A DNA stretch of 64,000 nucleotides from a virus (Duplodnaviria > Caudoviricetes): positions 58,746 to 122,745 of IMG/VR virus record IMGVR_UViG_3300025689_000001; one strand, 5' to 3'. The notes under the pieces are model-generated. The model was given only the letters and a program-made list of their open reading frames with translations. It had not been told where the DNA came from and searched no databases. Each line of letters starts with the position of its first letter. Position 1 is the first letter of the stretch. The translations under genes and the position numbers were made by a program. Positions 47,298-56,696 of the stretch are shown here, piece by piece.

Positions 47298-47975
47298 ATG
47301 GTAACAATCAACGGAAAGTTAATCCGCAGAAAGTTATTTCTGATTGTCGATACAGAGACTTTCAACGGATTCGACGAGCCTATTGTCTATGACATTGGCT
47401 TCGCAGTCATTGACAGGACAGGACAGGTATACGCAAAGTATAGTTTTGTTGTCCATGACACATTCATCGGTATGGCAGAACAGGCGGCGACTGCCTATTA
47501 TGCAAACAAGTTTCCGCAGTATCACGCAGATTTACGGGCAGGTCGGCGCAGACTTGCTACATGGGCGCAGATTATACAGATTGTAAATGCCTTGCTTGAA
47601 AAGTGGGACATTTCAGATGTAGTCGCCCATAATGCAAACTTCGATTGTAGGTCTACAAACCATACAAGCCGACTGCTTCACTACAATTCATTTTTCAAAC
47701 GTCACGTTGAATGGTGGGACACTCTGCAAATGGCGGCTGACACTATCTGCAAACAGAAAACATATATCCGCTTCTGTCAAGAAAATGGTTATATGACACG
47801 CAATAGAGTTCCCAGACCGCAGATGAAAGCAGAGGTCATTTACAGGTACATTACAGGCAATAACACTTTCATCGAAAGTCATACAGGTTTAGAGGACTGT
47901 ATGATAGAGAAAGAAATTTTCGCAAAGTGTTGCCGACAGCATAAGAAAATGAGACACACATTCTATGTGTTCTAA
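47298..47975 (+). CDS. DEDDh 3'-5' exonuclease, family C
   Basis: IVDTET, AHNANFD, ESHTGLED. Confidence 0.85.
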   Translation: MVTINGKLIRRKLFLIVDTETFNGFDEPIVYDIGFAVIDRTGQVYAKYSFVVHDTFIGMAEQAATAYYANKFPQYHADLRAGRRRLATWAQIIQIVNALLEKWDISDVVAHNANFDCRSTNHTSRLLHYNSFFKRHVEWWDTLQMAADTICKQKTYIRFCQENGYMTRNRVPRPQMKAEVIYRYITGNNTFIESHTGLEDCMIEKEIFAKCCRQHKKMRHTFYVF

Positions 47976-48199
47976 ATCCGAGCGGTGAGGTAGGAATACT
48001 TCACCGCTTTTTTGTGCTAAAGTAAGTTAAATGTGTTGACTTGTTCATATTCTTGTAACAAATTTCTACCGTTATAACGGCGAAAATTTATGAACAAAGT
48101 GTGAACATTCCTACTATTCCGATAGGTTTAGTAGGATTACCGTTCCGCCCCTCGTCGTCCTTCCTTCTCCCCTCCCCTACGTCATGCATCGACGTATTC

Positions 48200-48395
48200 T
48201 CGGTGGAAGTTCAAATGAGCTGCAATGAGCTGCATCGACGCGTAAAGGAGCTGCACTTGTAGGAGCTGCGTCGCCACGAATTTTGGAGCTGCGTCGCAAG
48301 GAGCTGCAAATGAGCTGCATTTTCCCCTGTTTTTCCAGCGCAGCGACGTAAAATTGCACAAAAATAGCCCATTTCTGCGCAAATGAGCTGCAAAA
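48200..48395. repeat. GAGCTGC direct-repeat cluster
   Basis: About 8 copies of (AT/AG)GAGCTGC; related clusters at 34939-35030 and 38105-38243. Confidence 0.75.
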
Positions 48396-49039
48396 TGGAC
48401 CAAACAACGCCTATATGCTATTTATATTTATATTTCCCCTCTCATTATAACATAATTTTTACAAAAAGTCAAGCAATTTGAGCCAAAAAATTTTTAAAAA
48501 GAAAAGAACTTGACACAAAAATGTCAAGAACTTGGGCGCCGCGGCGAGAAATTAACGAAAACTGCCGCGTTCTGAAAAGATTTGAGTCAATAGCTTGACA
48601 AAACACCTTATAAAAAAAACTTTATTTTTTATCGATGTGGATGCGCGAACACGACTTTGAGGTGCGGCGAGAATTCAACCGTTCAAAATCTCTTATTATA
48701 TTATATAATTATAGGCTTGCCTATGATTATTTCCTTGTAAATTTGCTGTGAAATTCCGTCCAAATTTCATGCCAAAAATGCGCCAGAGATTTCCTCTATT
48801 ATATACTATTGTTGTCAAGCAAATTCATTGTAATTTACATTGATGACGACGTCGCCTAGCCCAAAAATTCATAGGTGCGTTTTCGGAGAGTTTTGGGTGA
48901 GTTTGTAGGGGATTGAAACGTTATCGTTATGGCAAGGGATAGTGGGCGTCCTCACCATTTGCACTTCCGGCACCACTTAACGCCTTTACAGACTCTTGAT
49001 TATAGCTCGGGTTACTGCTCGTCAGGACACAGCAAGCAC

Positions 49040-49470
49040 TTATACCCTTCCTACCACCCCTTCCATCTAAATCCTTCCCTTCCCCTTTTACCGCAATTTG
49101 CCCTTCCCTTCCCTTCCCTTCTTATTTACTTTATTAACTTATATCTTCCCTTCCTTTTCTACTACTTCCCTTCCCCTTCCCTTATAATTCTCTTCCCTTA
49201 CTTAACCCTTCCCTTCCCTTTCTTATTATTACTATTATTATTATACTATAATCCCTTCCCTCAACCCTTCCCTTTTCATTCCAATCTTCTTCCTTTCCCT
49301 TTTCATTCCAATCTTCTTCCTTTTCCTTTTTTACTCCTTCCCTTCCTTCCCAATCAAAACCTACACTACTCCTTTTGCTTCCCTTCCCTTCCCATTGCAT
49401 TCCTGCTTCGCCGCCGTACTTGACCCTAATTCCCACTTATACCTCCCTTCTTTCCCTTACTTATTTATAA
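49040..49470. repeat. Polypyrimidine (CCCTT)n low-complexity tract
   Basis: Seen directly in the sequence. Confidence 0.85.
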
Positions 49471-50065
49471 TAAAAAAAGCACCAGTTGTTTCCAACCAGT
49501 GCTTTTCTTTTTCCTATATTCAACTGGAAAAGTTTTTTCCAGAAAAAGTTTTTCCACAATCGGGACTACCCCCACAAAGTTTTTCCAAACTTAACCCCAG
49601 TTTTCTTTACCCCGACTTAAAATTGTTTTTCCAGACCCTACCCCTTAATTTCAGAGCAGTTCCTACCCCCGTTTTTTCCTACCCAGCCCCTTTTATTTAT
49701 TATTATTACTTATAATAGTTATTATATAATATATATATTATAATATACATAATATTTGTTGCTCATTTTTTGAGCACACCCCTGCTCAATTTTTGAAAAT
49801 TTCTTCCCTCCCCTTAACTCGCGCTGCCGCGCTCCTTAAGGGTGTTCGCACCTTCGGTGCTCACTTATTATTTATATAAGTAGTATATATAGTATATATA
49901 TAATATACATAATATTTCTTGGTCATTTTATGACCCAATCCTTGGTCATTTTTTGACTAACCCTACCCCTAATATTATAATACTTATTATATAATATATA
50001 TAATAATATTATATTATTTTATTGTATAAAATCCGGACAATTCCGTCTTAAAATTGATACAAACT

Positions 50066-50413
50066 TTATTCGCTCTTTTCGCCGCCAAACTTACGCTCAA
50101 CAAACAGATAACCAGTGAGGTTCGGATACAGTTCAACTTGTACAAGATACCCCTCGCTTATTAGAACTTGTATCGCTTTGTCATAAGTGTTACGACTCAT
50201 CTTACAAACTTCGCACACTTCTTTAGAACTCAAACCGAACTCGTGTCCATTACTGTGCGCGTTGAGGTACGCCCATATCTTAAACGCCGCATTAGGAAGT
50301 TTCATCGCTTCTCGTAACGCGGCGTAATTGAAAATTGAATACGGATTGTCTGCGTTCGACTCTGTTTTAACAACCCTTATTGCTTTCTAATTATTGGAAA
50401 GTTCAGGCATCAT
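50066..50413 (-). CDS. Winged-HTH DNA-binding protein (one TAG)
   Basis: AFKIWAYL...SSKEVCEVCKMSRNTYDKAIQVLISEGYL; extends upstream through a TAG to ATG 50413. Confidence 0.7.
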
Positions 50414-50432
50414 TCCTCTCTCACCTCACGCA

Positions 50433-50921
50433 TTACTTTCTTACAACGAAGGGATAGATAACCCCCTCTATTCTTGGAACAACTTTAGAGAAGATGATTA
50501 CCGGACTGAACTCGTCTCTTGCCCAAACTTCGTAGTCCTCAAAGTACTCAAGGTGCTTATCTCTTATCCACACCTTTACGCCGTGGTCTCCTTTGAACTC
50601 AACGCAAATCTTTTTCTTCTTATCTGTTCCCACATTCAGTTCGCCGCAAGGCTCAACCTTTTTGTAGCCTACCCCCATTTCGAGGTTCTCGTGCTGGTAG
50701 ATGTCATAAGCACCAAGGTCTACGTTTGGCTCCTTGATAACCATGCGGTTGATTGCCATAAAGACTTTACCGTCTCCAATCATCTGACAGGTCCAGTAGC
50801 CAAATGGAGTATTGGGTTGTTCGCCCATGGAGACCTGAAGGCAAGTGATAATCTCGCCGGTATAAAGTCCTTTCACTAATTCAAGCTGGAACTTAAGTTC
50901 GCCGTTCATCTTTTTACTCAT
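50433..50921 (-). CDS. Hypothetical protein
   Basis: SD GGGAGG. Confidence 0.7.
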   Translation of the reverse strand: MSKKMNGELKFQLELVKGLYTGEIITCLQVSMGEQPNTPFGYWTCQMIGDGKVFMAINRMVIKEPNVDLGAYDIYQHENLEMGVGYKKVEPCGELNVGTDKKKKICVEFKGDHGVKVWIRDKHLEYFEDYEVWARDEFSPVIIFSKVVPRIEGVIYPFVVRK

Positions 50922-50936
50922 TTGGCACCCTCCCTT

Positions 50937-51425
50937 TTATTCGTCGAAATTCGGAATTACCAGTTTGATAACACCTTTCTCATTTACCTTTTCGATAAGC
51001 CATTCTCTTGCCGCCCTACCAACGTTCTCCATTGAGAGGAATTCACCATTCAACTCACAGGACGCAACACCCGTATCACTAATCTTATTAACAAGAGTGA
51101 ATGAGAATTGCTTCGGGTCAGGAATGTCGTTATCAAGGGTTTGCTCGGATTGTGTAATCCTTACCTGACCCAAGATGTATGTGCCGTTCTCATAGGGGCG
51201 AACCTCTGCGGTAAATATCCCCGAGTAACAAACAGGAGCCGGGTCATAGGTTTCCTGTGAGAAGCATTCATACTCAACATCATCATAGTGCTTGCGGTAA
51301 TAGGTCACTGCATTATGTGCATCTTCCTCAGTGGGGCAAACAGCAAGAACTCTTGCGCCAACGCAATCATAGTTGAAACCAGTAACAACCCATACCTCAG
51401 GAAGTGAAGTAGTATCTTTTTTCAT
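50937..51425 (-). CDS. Hypothetical protein
   Basis: SD GGAGG; coupled to the upstream gene. Confidence 0.7.
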   Translation of the reverse strand: MKKDTTSLPEVWVVTGFNYDCVGARVLAVCPTEEDAHNAVTYYRKHYDDVEYECFSQETYDPAPVCYSGIFTAEVRPYENGTYILGQVRITQSEQTLDNDIPDPKQFSFTLVNKISDTGVASCELNGEFLSMENVGRAAREWLIEKVNEKGVIKLVIPNFDE

Positions 51426-51703
51426 TAGTAAACCTCCAATTCTGTAACTCTTACAAGGCAATCGCACTCGAAGCTACCCCTCTTAGCAGAAGCAGCCTTG
51501 AATTCTGTCAGAGCCTTGAGACCCTCGATTGTAAGAGAACGAACAGCTTCCATATCGTTCTCTTCTGCCGCCTCAGCAATCAGAGTGTTGTAAGTGTCTC
51601 TGATGTACTCATCACCAGACTTCCAAGCCTCATATCTGCCGACACGAGCGATTCTTTCACCGTTGGAAAATTCAACCAACCAAACCTTCATTCTCTCATT
51701 CAT
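51425..51703 (-). CDS. Hypothetical protein
   Basis: ORF within an operon. Confidence 0.7.
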   Translation of the reverse strand: MNERMKVWLVEFSNGERIARVGRYEAWKSGDEYIRDTYNTLIAEAAEENDMEAVRSLTIEGLKALTEFKAASAKRGSFECDCLVRVTELEVY

Positions 51704-51983
51704 AATCTTTTCCTCCTTTTCTCTTTACCATCAAAGTATAAGCCTTGTTGTACTCCTCTATATTCTCTTTTACCTTTCCCGCTCTCAGAAGTCTGCCGAA
51801 TCTCTTCTCCGCCCTACCTCTGATGATTGGGGCTCGGTAGGAAGTTGAAAAGAAACGAAGCGCGTCCTCGATAAGAGCGTTTCCATTGTTCACATATGCA
51901 ACCTGTAAGTCACACATTCTGCGAGCCTGCTGGCTCCATGATGCCGGTCTCCATGTTTTCATTTTCTTTACTTCCTTTCTCAT
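51696..51983 (-). CDS. Hypothetical protein
   Basis: Follows the promoter at ~51990-52024. Confidence 0.65.
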   Translation of the reverse strand: MRKEVKKMKTWRPASWSQQARRMCDLQVAYVNNGNALIEDALRFFSTSYRAPIIRGRAEKRFGRLLRAGKVKENIEEYNKAYTLMVKRKGGKDYE

Positions 51984-52044
51984 TTTCTATAATAATTATA
52001 GCAAAAATTATAGAAAATGTAAAGAGATAAGGGGCTCAAAATTT

Positions 52045-53463
52045 TTATTTGATTTCTTTTACCTTAATCACAGGCATCTCAACATTTGCATACTCTTCAT
52101 CAAGATGACGAAGCTGACAAAGAACTCCCCATCTCATTCTTACCGCAGGAGTAAGGCAATACTTCTTGAAATCCTCGGTATCAATGTCCTTTACAGACTT
52201 GACGTGAGGAAAAAGTAACTTCAGAAAAGCGGTGCAGTTCTTCTTGATTGCTTCGAAGTTTCTCGCATCGCAGTTACCCTCCACTTCAAGAAGTTCATCA
52301 ACGATAGCTCTGTAGTAGAATTCATCTCTCATCTCGTGGAAGAGTTCTGTTAAGTAGTTGGCACTTAAGCCCCAACCCTCGAACTTTCTCTCTTCTGAGA
52401 AACGACCAACCTTCCAACCTTCAATGATACCGCTGAATCTGTCGATGAAAGCTGATTCATTGAACATCTTAGGAAGAGTTGTAAACATATTCTTATCAAG
52501 CGACATCTGTGCAATATCTATATTGCCTACGAGAGTTAAACCAGCATCAGCAGTACCACAATAGTTACCAATTCTGATTTCGCCGCTTTCCAGATAGGGC
52601 TTGAGGACACCAGTCATCTCTTCAGGATTTGCACACTTAAGAGTCTGACACTCGTCCCAGATTACGTTGTCGTACTTACCGAAGTAACCAACAGCCTTTG
52701 TTGTGTTGTTGTAGAAAGCTGTTGCTCTGGAAACTGTACCTGATGTAAGCCAGTTGTAAACTGAAAGCTGTGAGTAGCAGTAGGACTTTGCTGACCCCTT
52801 GATAGAGAGTTCAAGCTGATTCATTCTCTTCTCAACGGAAGGAAGGAATCTCTGAAGGAGAGTGAGTTTTGCTTCCTCGTCCATTGCGTCAGGATTGAAG
52901 TTTAGTCCTGCAAGAAGGACATCAATCCATTCTGCTGTTGTAAACTGCTTACGTCCATCTTGATATTCACGGAGGTTTGTGGTATAGGGGCAAAGGGGAG
53001 TAAACTCAACTAACTGGGTTCTGCCGCAGTCATAAGAAAGAACAATCTCTCCCCACGCGCCGTCTGCATTAAGTAACTGCTTTTTGTGTTCGCTTACCAC
53101 AGACCAATCAAGAACTCCTTCACCCTTCTTCTTAGGGAATCCGTACTCAGGAAGAGAGAAGCAAAGTTCATCATTCGCATAGTCAAATTCAATCTTAACC
53201 TTTGTGAGGAGTTTGATTTGACCACCTGCTGTATGACGAGCCTCAAGGAGTTTTAAGTTCCAGTCGTTAGGCTTGAGTCTCATTTCCTTTACATACTCGC
53301 TAAGGTCGAATGCCTGAAGCACCCCGTCCTTATCAGTGAACTTCTGGAGAAACCAAGATTTTACATCAGCCGGGAGGTCCAAGAAGTTCATCAGAGTTGT
53401 TGCCGTTACTGTCTTATGAATTGTAGCACTTGGAAATGCTGCTCTCACCTTTGATTCGTTCAT
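52045..53463 (-). CDS. BrxL-like AAA+ ATPase lacking the Lon protease domain
   Basis: RKQFTTAEWIDVLL, LELSIKGSAKSY, WDE, LKPYLESG, LVGNID, SAFIDRF and IIEGW match the BREX BrxL N-terminal/ATPase motifs. Confidence 0.75.
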   Translation of the reverse strand: MNESKVRAAFPSATIHKTVTATTLMNFLDLPADVKSWFLQKFTDKDGVLQAFDLSEYVKEMRLKPNDWNLKLLEARHTAGGQIKLLTKVKIEFDYANDELCFSLPEYGFPKKKGEGVLDWSVVSEHKKQLLNADGAWGEIVLSYDCGRTQLVEFTPLCPYTTNLREYQDGRKQFTTAEWIDVLLAGLNFNPDAMDEEAKLTLLQRFLPSVEKRMNQLELSIKGSAKSYCYSQLSVYNWLTSGTVSRATAFYNNTTKAVGYFGKYDNVIWDECQTLKCANPEEMTGVLKPYLESGEIRIGNYCGTADAGLTLVGNIDIAQMSLDKNMFTTLPKMFNESAFIDRFSGIIEGWKVGRFSEERKFEGWGLSANYLTELFHEMRDEFYYRAIVDELLEVEGNCDARNFEAIKKNCTAFLKLLFPHVKSVKDIDTEDFKKYCLTPAVRMRWGVLCQLRHLDEEYANVEMPVIKVKEIK

Positions 53464-53550
53464 TTATTTAATCATTCCTTTCCTTACTTTCTATAATAAT
53501 TATATCATAATTTTTAAGAATTGTAAAGAAAGAAAATTCTCAAAAATTAT

Positions 53551-53899
53551 TCAGTCGTGAGTGATTGCATAGCTACCAAGATAGAGGATTTCTTCCTCGC
53601 CATCCATCCAGCAGTCAGCGAAAGCGTCCAGCATTTCTTCTGCCATTCCTTCTGCGATGTTCCAAACAAGTTCATCCCATTTGCCGTTCTGCTTTGCCCA
53701 GTCGACTGCAATCTCACCAACGGTAAGAGTCCCCCACATAAGGAACTTCGATTGAAGCATTCGGTTCATCTTCCATGCCGCGGTCGATGTGCTCGATGAC
53801 TTCTTTCTCATCGTCAATCAAGATAGTCTTGACGAGGAGTTTCAAGTCACCAAAACATCTTGGGTCCATGTGTTCATTTCTGTCAGTTAAGTAATACAT
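53551..53899 (-). pseudogene. Hypothetical gene with a frameshift in a G5 run (53731-53735)
   Basis: 53714-53899 and 53551-53817 join as ...VPYVG/TLTVGE... if one G is removed; may be a sequencing error. Confidence 0.55.
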
Positions 53900-54300
53900 T
53901 AAGACTCCTCCTCTACTGCACGAAGCAAGAAAATATAAGAACCAACTTCAAGCGTAATTTCGCCGCCGCAAGCAGTCATCATTGGAACATCTTCATCATC
54001 ATTGTGGTCATAGTCATTCTTCAGGAAGCCTTTCTCAAGAGGGAACTCATAGATAGGCTTGCCGCAACGAGTGTACATACGATAAGTGGTATCAGCTCCG
54101 CCGCCGTAGAGAAGCATATTCTCGCTGGTAGCAATTTCGCCATCTGTGTGGATATCCCAGATAGCATTGAAGACGAGGGTGTCTGCTACGAATGTTTTGA
54201 AAGTATTTACCGCGGCGATGTAAGTAGTAGTGACTTTGCTTGTGCTTTCATATCCGTCCACAAGACAGATTCTTTCAATAAGATAAACTGTTCTTTTCAT
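53899..54300 (-). CDS. Hypothetical protein
   Basis: ORF within an operon. Confidence 0.7.
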   Translation of the reverse strand: MKRTVYLIERICLVDGYESTSKVTTTYIAAVNTFKTFVADTLVFNAIWDIHTDGEIATSENMLLYGGGADTTYRMYTRCGKPIYEFPLEKGFLKNDYDHNDDEDVPMMTACGGEITLEVGSYIFLLRAVEEES

Positions 54301-54873
54301 TTACTTCTCCTCTCCGAGTGTTGCGATACACTCTTTAACTTTGTCATTGAACGCCATGAGAATCTCTTCAATCTCAACAGGCTTATTGTCGTTTGCGTCT
54401 ACAGCCACATTGTACATATAAGGACGGTCCTCGTAGAACTTATCCTTGCTGTGAGTGTGACCGAAAAGATTGATTACTGCTCTGTCAGGGTCCTGCTCAA
54501 GACTTGCAGTAAGAACAGGATAGTGGCAGAGGAAGAACTCTCTCTTCTTGTACTTAATACGAAGTGCATCAGCAATCTCAACGATGTTGCTCCAGTTTGT
54601 GTATTCGATGATTTTGGAAGGTGTATCGTGATTGCCGCTTACCAGATGAATACGACCATTCAGCTTATCGAGAACCTCTTTGATGTATTCATAATCCGTG
54701 CCGAGAAAAAAGTCTCCAAGAACATAGATGTCGTCATCCTTACCGACCGTTTCATTCCAGTTACGAATGAGAGCCCCGTTCATTTCTTGAACAGTCTTAA
54801 AGCCACGAGGACCGAAGATGAACTCTCTATCGTGATTGAAGTGAAGGTCGCTTGTGAAAAAAATTTTACTCAT
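54301..54873 (-). CDS. Calcineurin-like metallophosphoesterase
   Basis: SDLHFNH, LGDF, GNHD, HYP, GHTH. Confidence 0.9.
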   Translation of the reverse strand: MSKIFFTSDLHFNHDREFIFGPRGFKTVQEMNGALIRNWNETVGKDDDIYVLGDFFLGTDYEYIKEVLDKLNGRIHLVSGNHDTPSKIIEYTNWSNIVEIADALRIKYKKREFFLCHYPVLTASLEQDPDRAVINLFGHTHSKDKFYEDRPYMYNVAVDANDNKPVEIEEILMAFNDKVKECIATLGEEK

Positions 54874-55063
54874 AATCTATCCACTCTCCATTCCAATCTC
54901 TCTTGCCGCGGCTCGCACAGAAGTTAACCGCATTGTGTTCGGCAACGAGTTCGCCGCCGACCTCATTTATATCATGCTGAGAAGGATGACATGCAAAACT
55001 CTCAACACATTCTTTTGTATTTCCATCTGCAAAAAGCAGTATATATGTCACGAAGTAAGTCAT
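54866..55063 (-). CDS. Hypothetical protein
   Basis: SD GGAGG. Confidence 0.6.
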   Translation of the reverse strand: MTYFVTYILLFADGNTKECVESFACHPSQHDINEVGGELVAEHNAVNFCASRGKRDWNGEWIDYE

Positions 55064-55116
55064 TCTCTATTCCTCCCATTCCTTTAATCTGTCGTCTGCC
55101 GCCGCCCGCTCTTTTC

Positions 55117-55800
55117 TTAATGGTCAGTGCCGTAGCCGCTGAGGACAATCTGACCCTTACTGTCTGCGAATTCGATTAAGCAACCCGGCTGCCAACCACG
55201 GTAGAAGATTTCAACAGGCATTCCGAATTCTGTAATTTCATAGATTTTGTAGTTCTCTGTACAGATGTCCTGCATATCAATGTAGTGAATGAGTTCGCTT
55301 GAAGTCATGATTGTGTTATCACGAGAATCTTCATCCCACTTACAAATTCTCTGAACGAGGAACTGACGCTGGTCTGTCATCGGTGCTTCATAGAAGTTGT
55401 AGCTACCGTCCTCGTTACGATTGTCGAGGTCAAAAAGGTTAACGCAGTCTTGCTTTACTTCTTTCCAATCCTCTTCATCATAGCCCTCAGGACCAAAGCC
55501 ATAGCACTTCCATCTGCAATTCTTATAGAGATAACGATAATCGCTGAAGATTCCTGTTTCATCATTGATAAACTCTTCAAGAGAGCAAGTATGCTGCACA
55601 GCATCTTCATAAGGCTCAACCTTGCAATCCTCATAAAGGTGACGGAACTCTCCTGCATTGATAATCTTCTTTGCAAGGAAATCACCATCATGAATGGTTC
55701 TCAGAATCGGAACCATATGTTCAGGGTAGCCATCTGTCTGGCAGTAAGCGAAGTAAACCTTATCTCCGAAAGCATAACCGATTAAGCAATGTGTACTCAT
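55117..55800 (-). CDS. Hypothetical protein
   Basis: MSTHCLIG...YCQTDGYPE, an N-terminal pattern common in phage proteins. Confidence 0.7.
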   Translation of the reverse strand: MSTHCLIGYAFGDKVYFAYCQTDGYPEHMVPILRTIHDGDFLAKKIINAGEFRHLYEDCKVEPYEDAVQHTCSLEEFINDETGIFSDYRYLYKNCRWKCYGFGPEGYDEEDWKEVKQDCVNLFDLDNRNEDGSYNFYEAPMTDQRQFLVQRICKWDEDSRDNTIMTSSELIHYIDMQDICTENYKIYEITEFGMPVEIFYRGWQPGCLIEFADSKGQIVLSGYGTDH

Positions 55801-55818
55801 AATTCTTTCCTTCCTTTC

Positions 55819-56136
55819 TTATCTTGCGGATGCGGTCTTGAATCTCTTCGCCGCCCGTTCTTGTCTTAACTTCTTGGCTTCAATCTTATTTGGAATGTGC
55901 GGTCTTGTCTTAAGAATCTCATAAATCCTCATTGACATTCTCCTGCGAAGCTCAATACATTCTTTTTGACACTGGCAGTTGCCCCAGTAGCAATCACAAG
56001 AGGAGTCATTATAATTGTTGTCATAGTATCTCATGAGTTCGATAAGATTTTTTGTAGCCATCGTTTCCAACTCTTTGGTCGGAATATTTCTATAACAAGG
56101 TGTCGTCATATTTCTCATTTCCTCTCTTTCTCTCAT
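55819..56136 (-). CDS. Hypothetical protein
   Basis: Follows the promoter at ~56140-56177. Confidence 0.65.
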   Translation of the reverse strand: MREREEMRNMTTPCYRNIPTKELETMATKNLIELMRYYDNNYNDSSCDCYWGNCQCQKECIELRRRMSMRIYEILKTRPHIPNKIEAKKLRQERAAKRFKTASAR

Positions 56137-56257
56137 TTTCTATAATAATTATAACAAAAATTTTAGAAAAAGTAAAGGGCTAAGAACTTTAAAATTTTCT
56201 TTAAGAAAATCAGTTCTTAGCCCCATCTTGCTATCCATATTCTTTTGAGTTTGATTG

Positions 56258-56293
56258 ACAAATCAGTTGCGCTACCTATTGCGCCACGAGAGC
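56258..56293 (-). pseudogene. 5' half of tRNA-Thr(UGU)
   Basis: GCTCTCGTGGCGCAATAGGTAGCGCAACTGATTTGT then unrelated sequence; no 3' half seen in the window. Confidence 0.65.
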
Positions 56294-56398
56294 ATACTCA
56301 AGACGGGACTTTGTGTACGGAATTGAACCGCTTTATTTCTTTGGAAGAGAAATTGTTTACCTTAAACTATCACAGTATAGATTGCTGAACCGTCTTAT

Positions 56399-56480
<82 letters not shown>

Positions 56481-56696
56481 ATATACATGGTGGAGCCGTA
56501 CGCTCTCCTATCGCTACCACTATAGCGTCTTAACTACTTTTACGTATAAGTTTGAATATCTACGCCAGCACTCTTCACTGGAGTCAACCACTCTTAACGT
56601 CAATTGGCACCCCGCTCTTTTGTTCAGTTCCAAGAGTAGAACACAAGTTTAGCCTATATCAAACTTGCCAAAAGGTTCGCCTTGTACTTTGGCGTC

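Larger units (their letters stand above)
34745..48110. repeat. Dispersed ~70-bp imperfect inverted repeat family, core CCGTTATAACGG, 17 copies separating gene units
   Basis: Cores start at 34776, 35643, 36192, 36845, 37421, 37940, 38870, 39402 (variant CCGTTGTAACGG), 40195 (variant TTGTTATAACGG), 41581, 42264, 43539, 44476, 45110, 46489, 47132 and 48069; arms GTTCAYA...TRTGAAC. Confidence 0.95.

Noticed and set aside
34745-48110. CRISPR array
   Set aside because: The intervals are 0.5-1.4 kb and contain whole genes with promoters; the repeats are degenerate outside the core; no cas genes are in the window.
34745-48110. Canonical integron (attC/IntI) or a LexA/Rex operator set
   Set aside because: No integrase is in the window and the cassettes carry their own promoters. 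The GTTCA/TGAAC boxes are in the opposite orientation and spacing to LexA (GAAC-N4-GTTC) and Rex (TTGTGAA-N4-TTCACAA) boxes.
48929-49715. ORFs 48929-49423, 49182-49436 and 49395-49715
   Set aside because: Low-complexity translations of the CCCTT tract with no SD.
53860-54927. 355-aa plus-strand ORF, and similar antisense ORFs such as 40316-41116 and 17705-18178
   Set aside because: Shadow frames of well-supported genes on the opposite strand.
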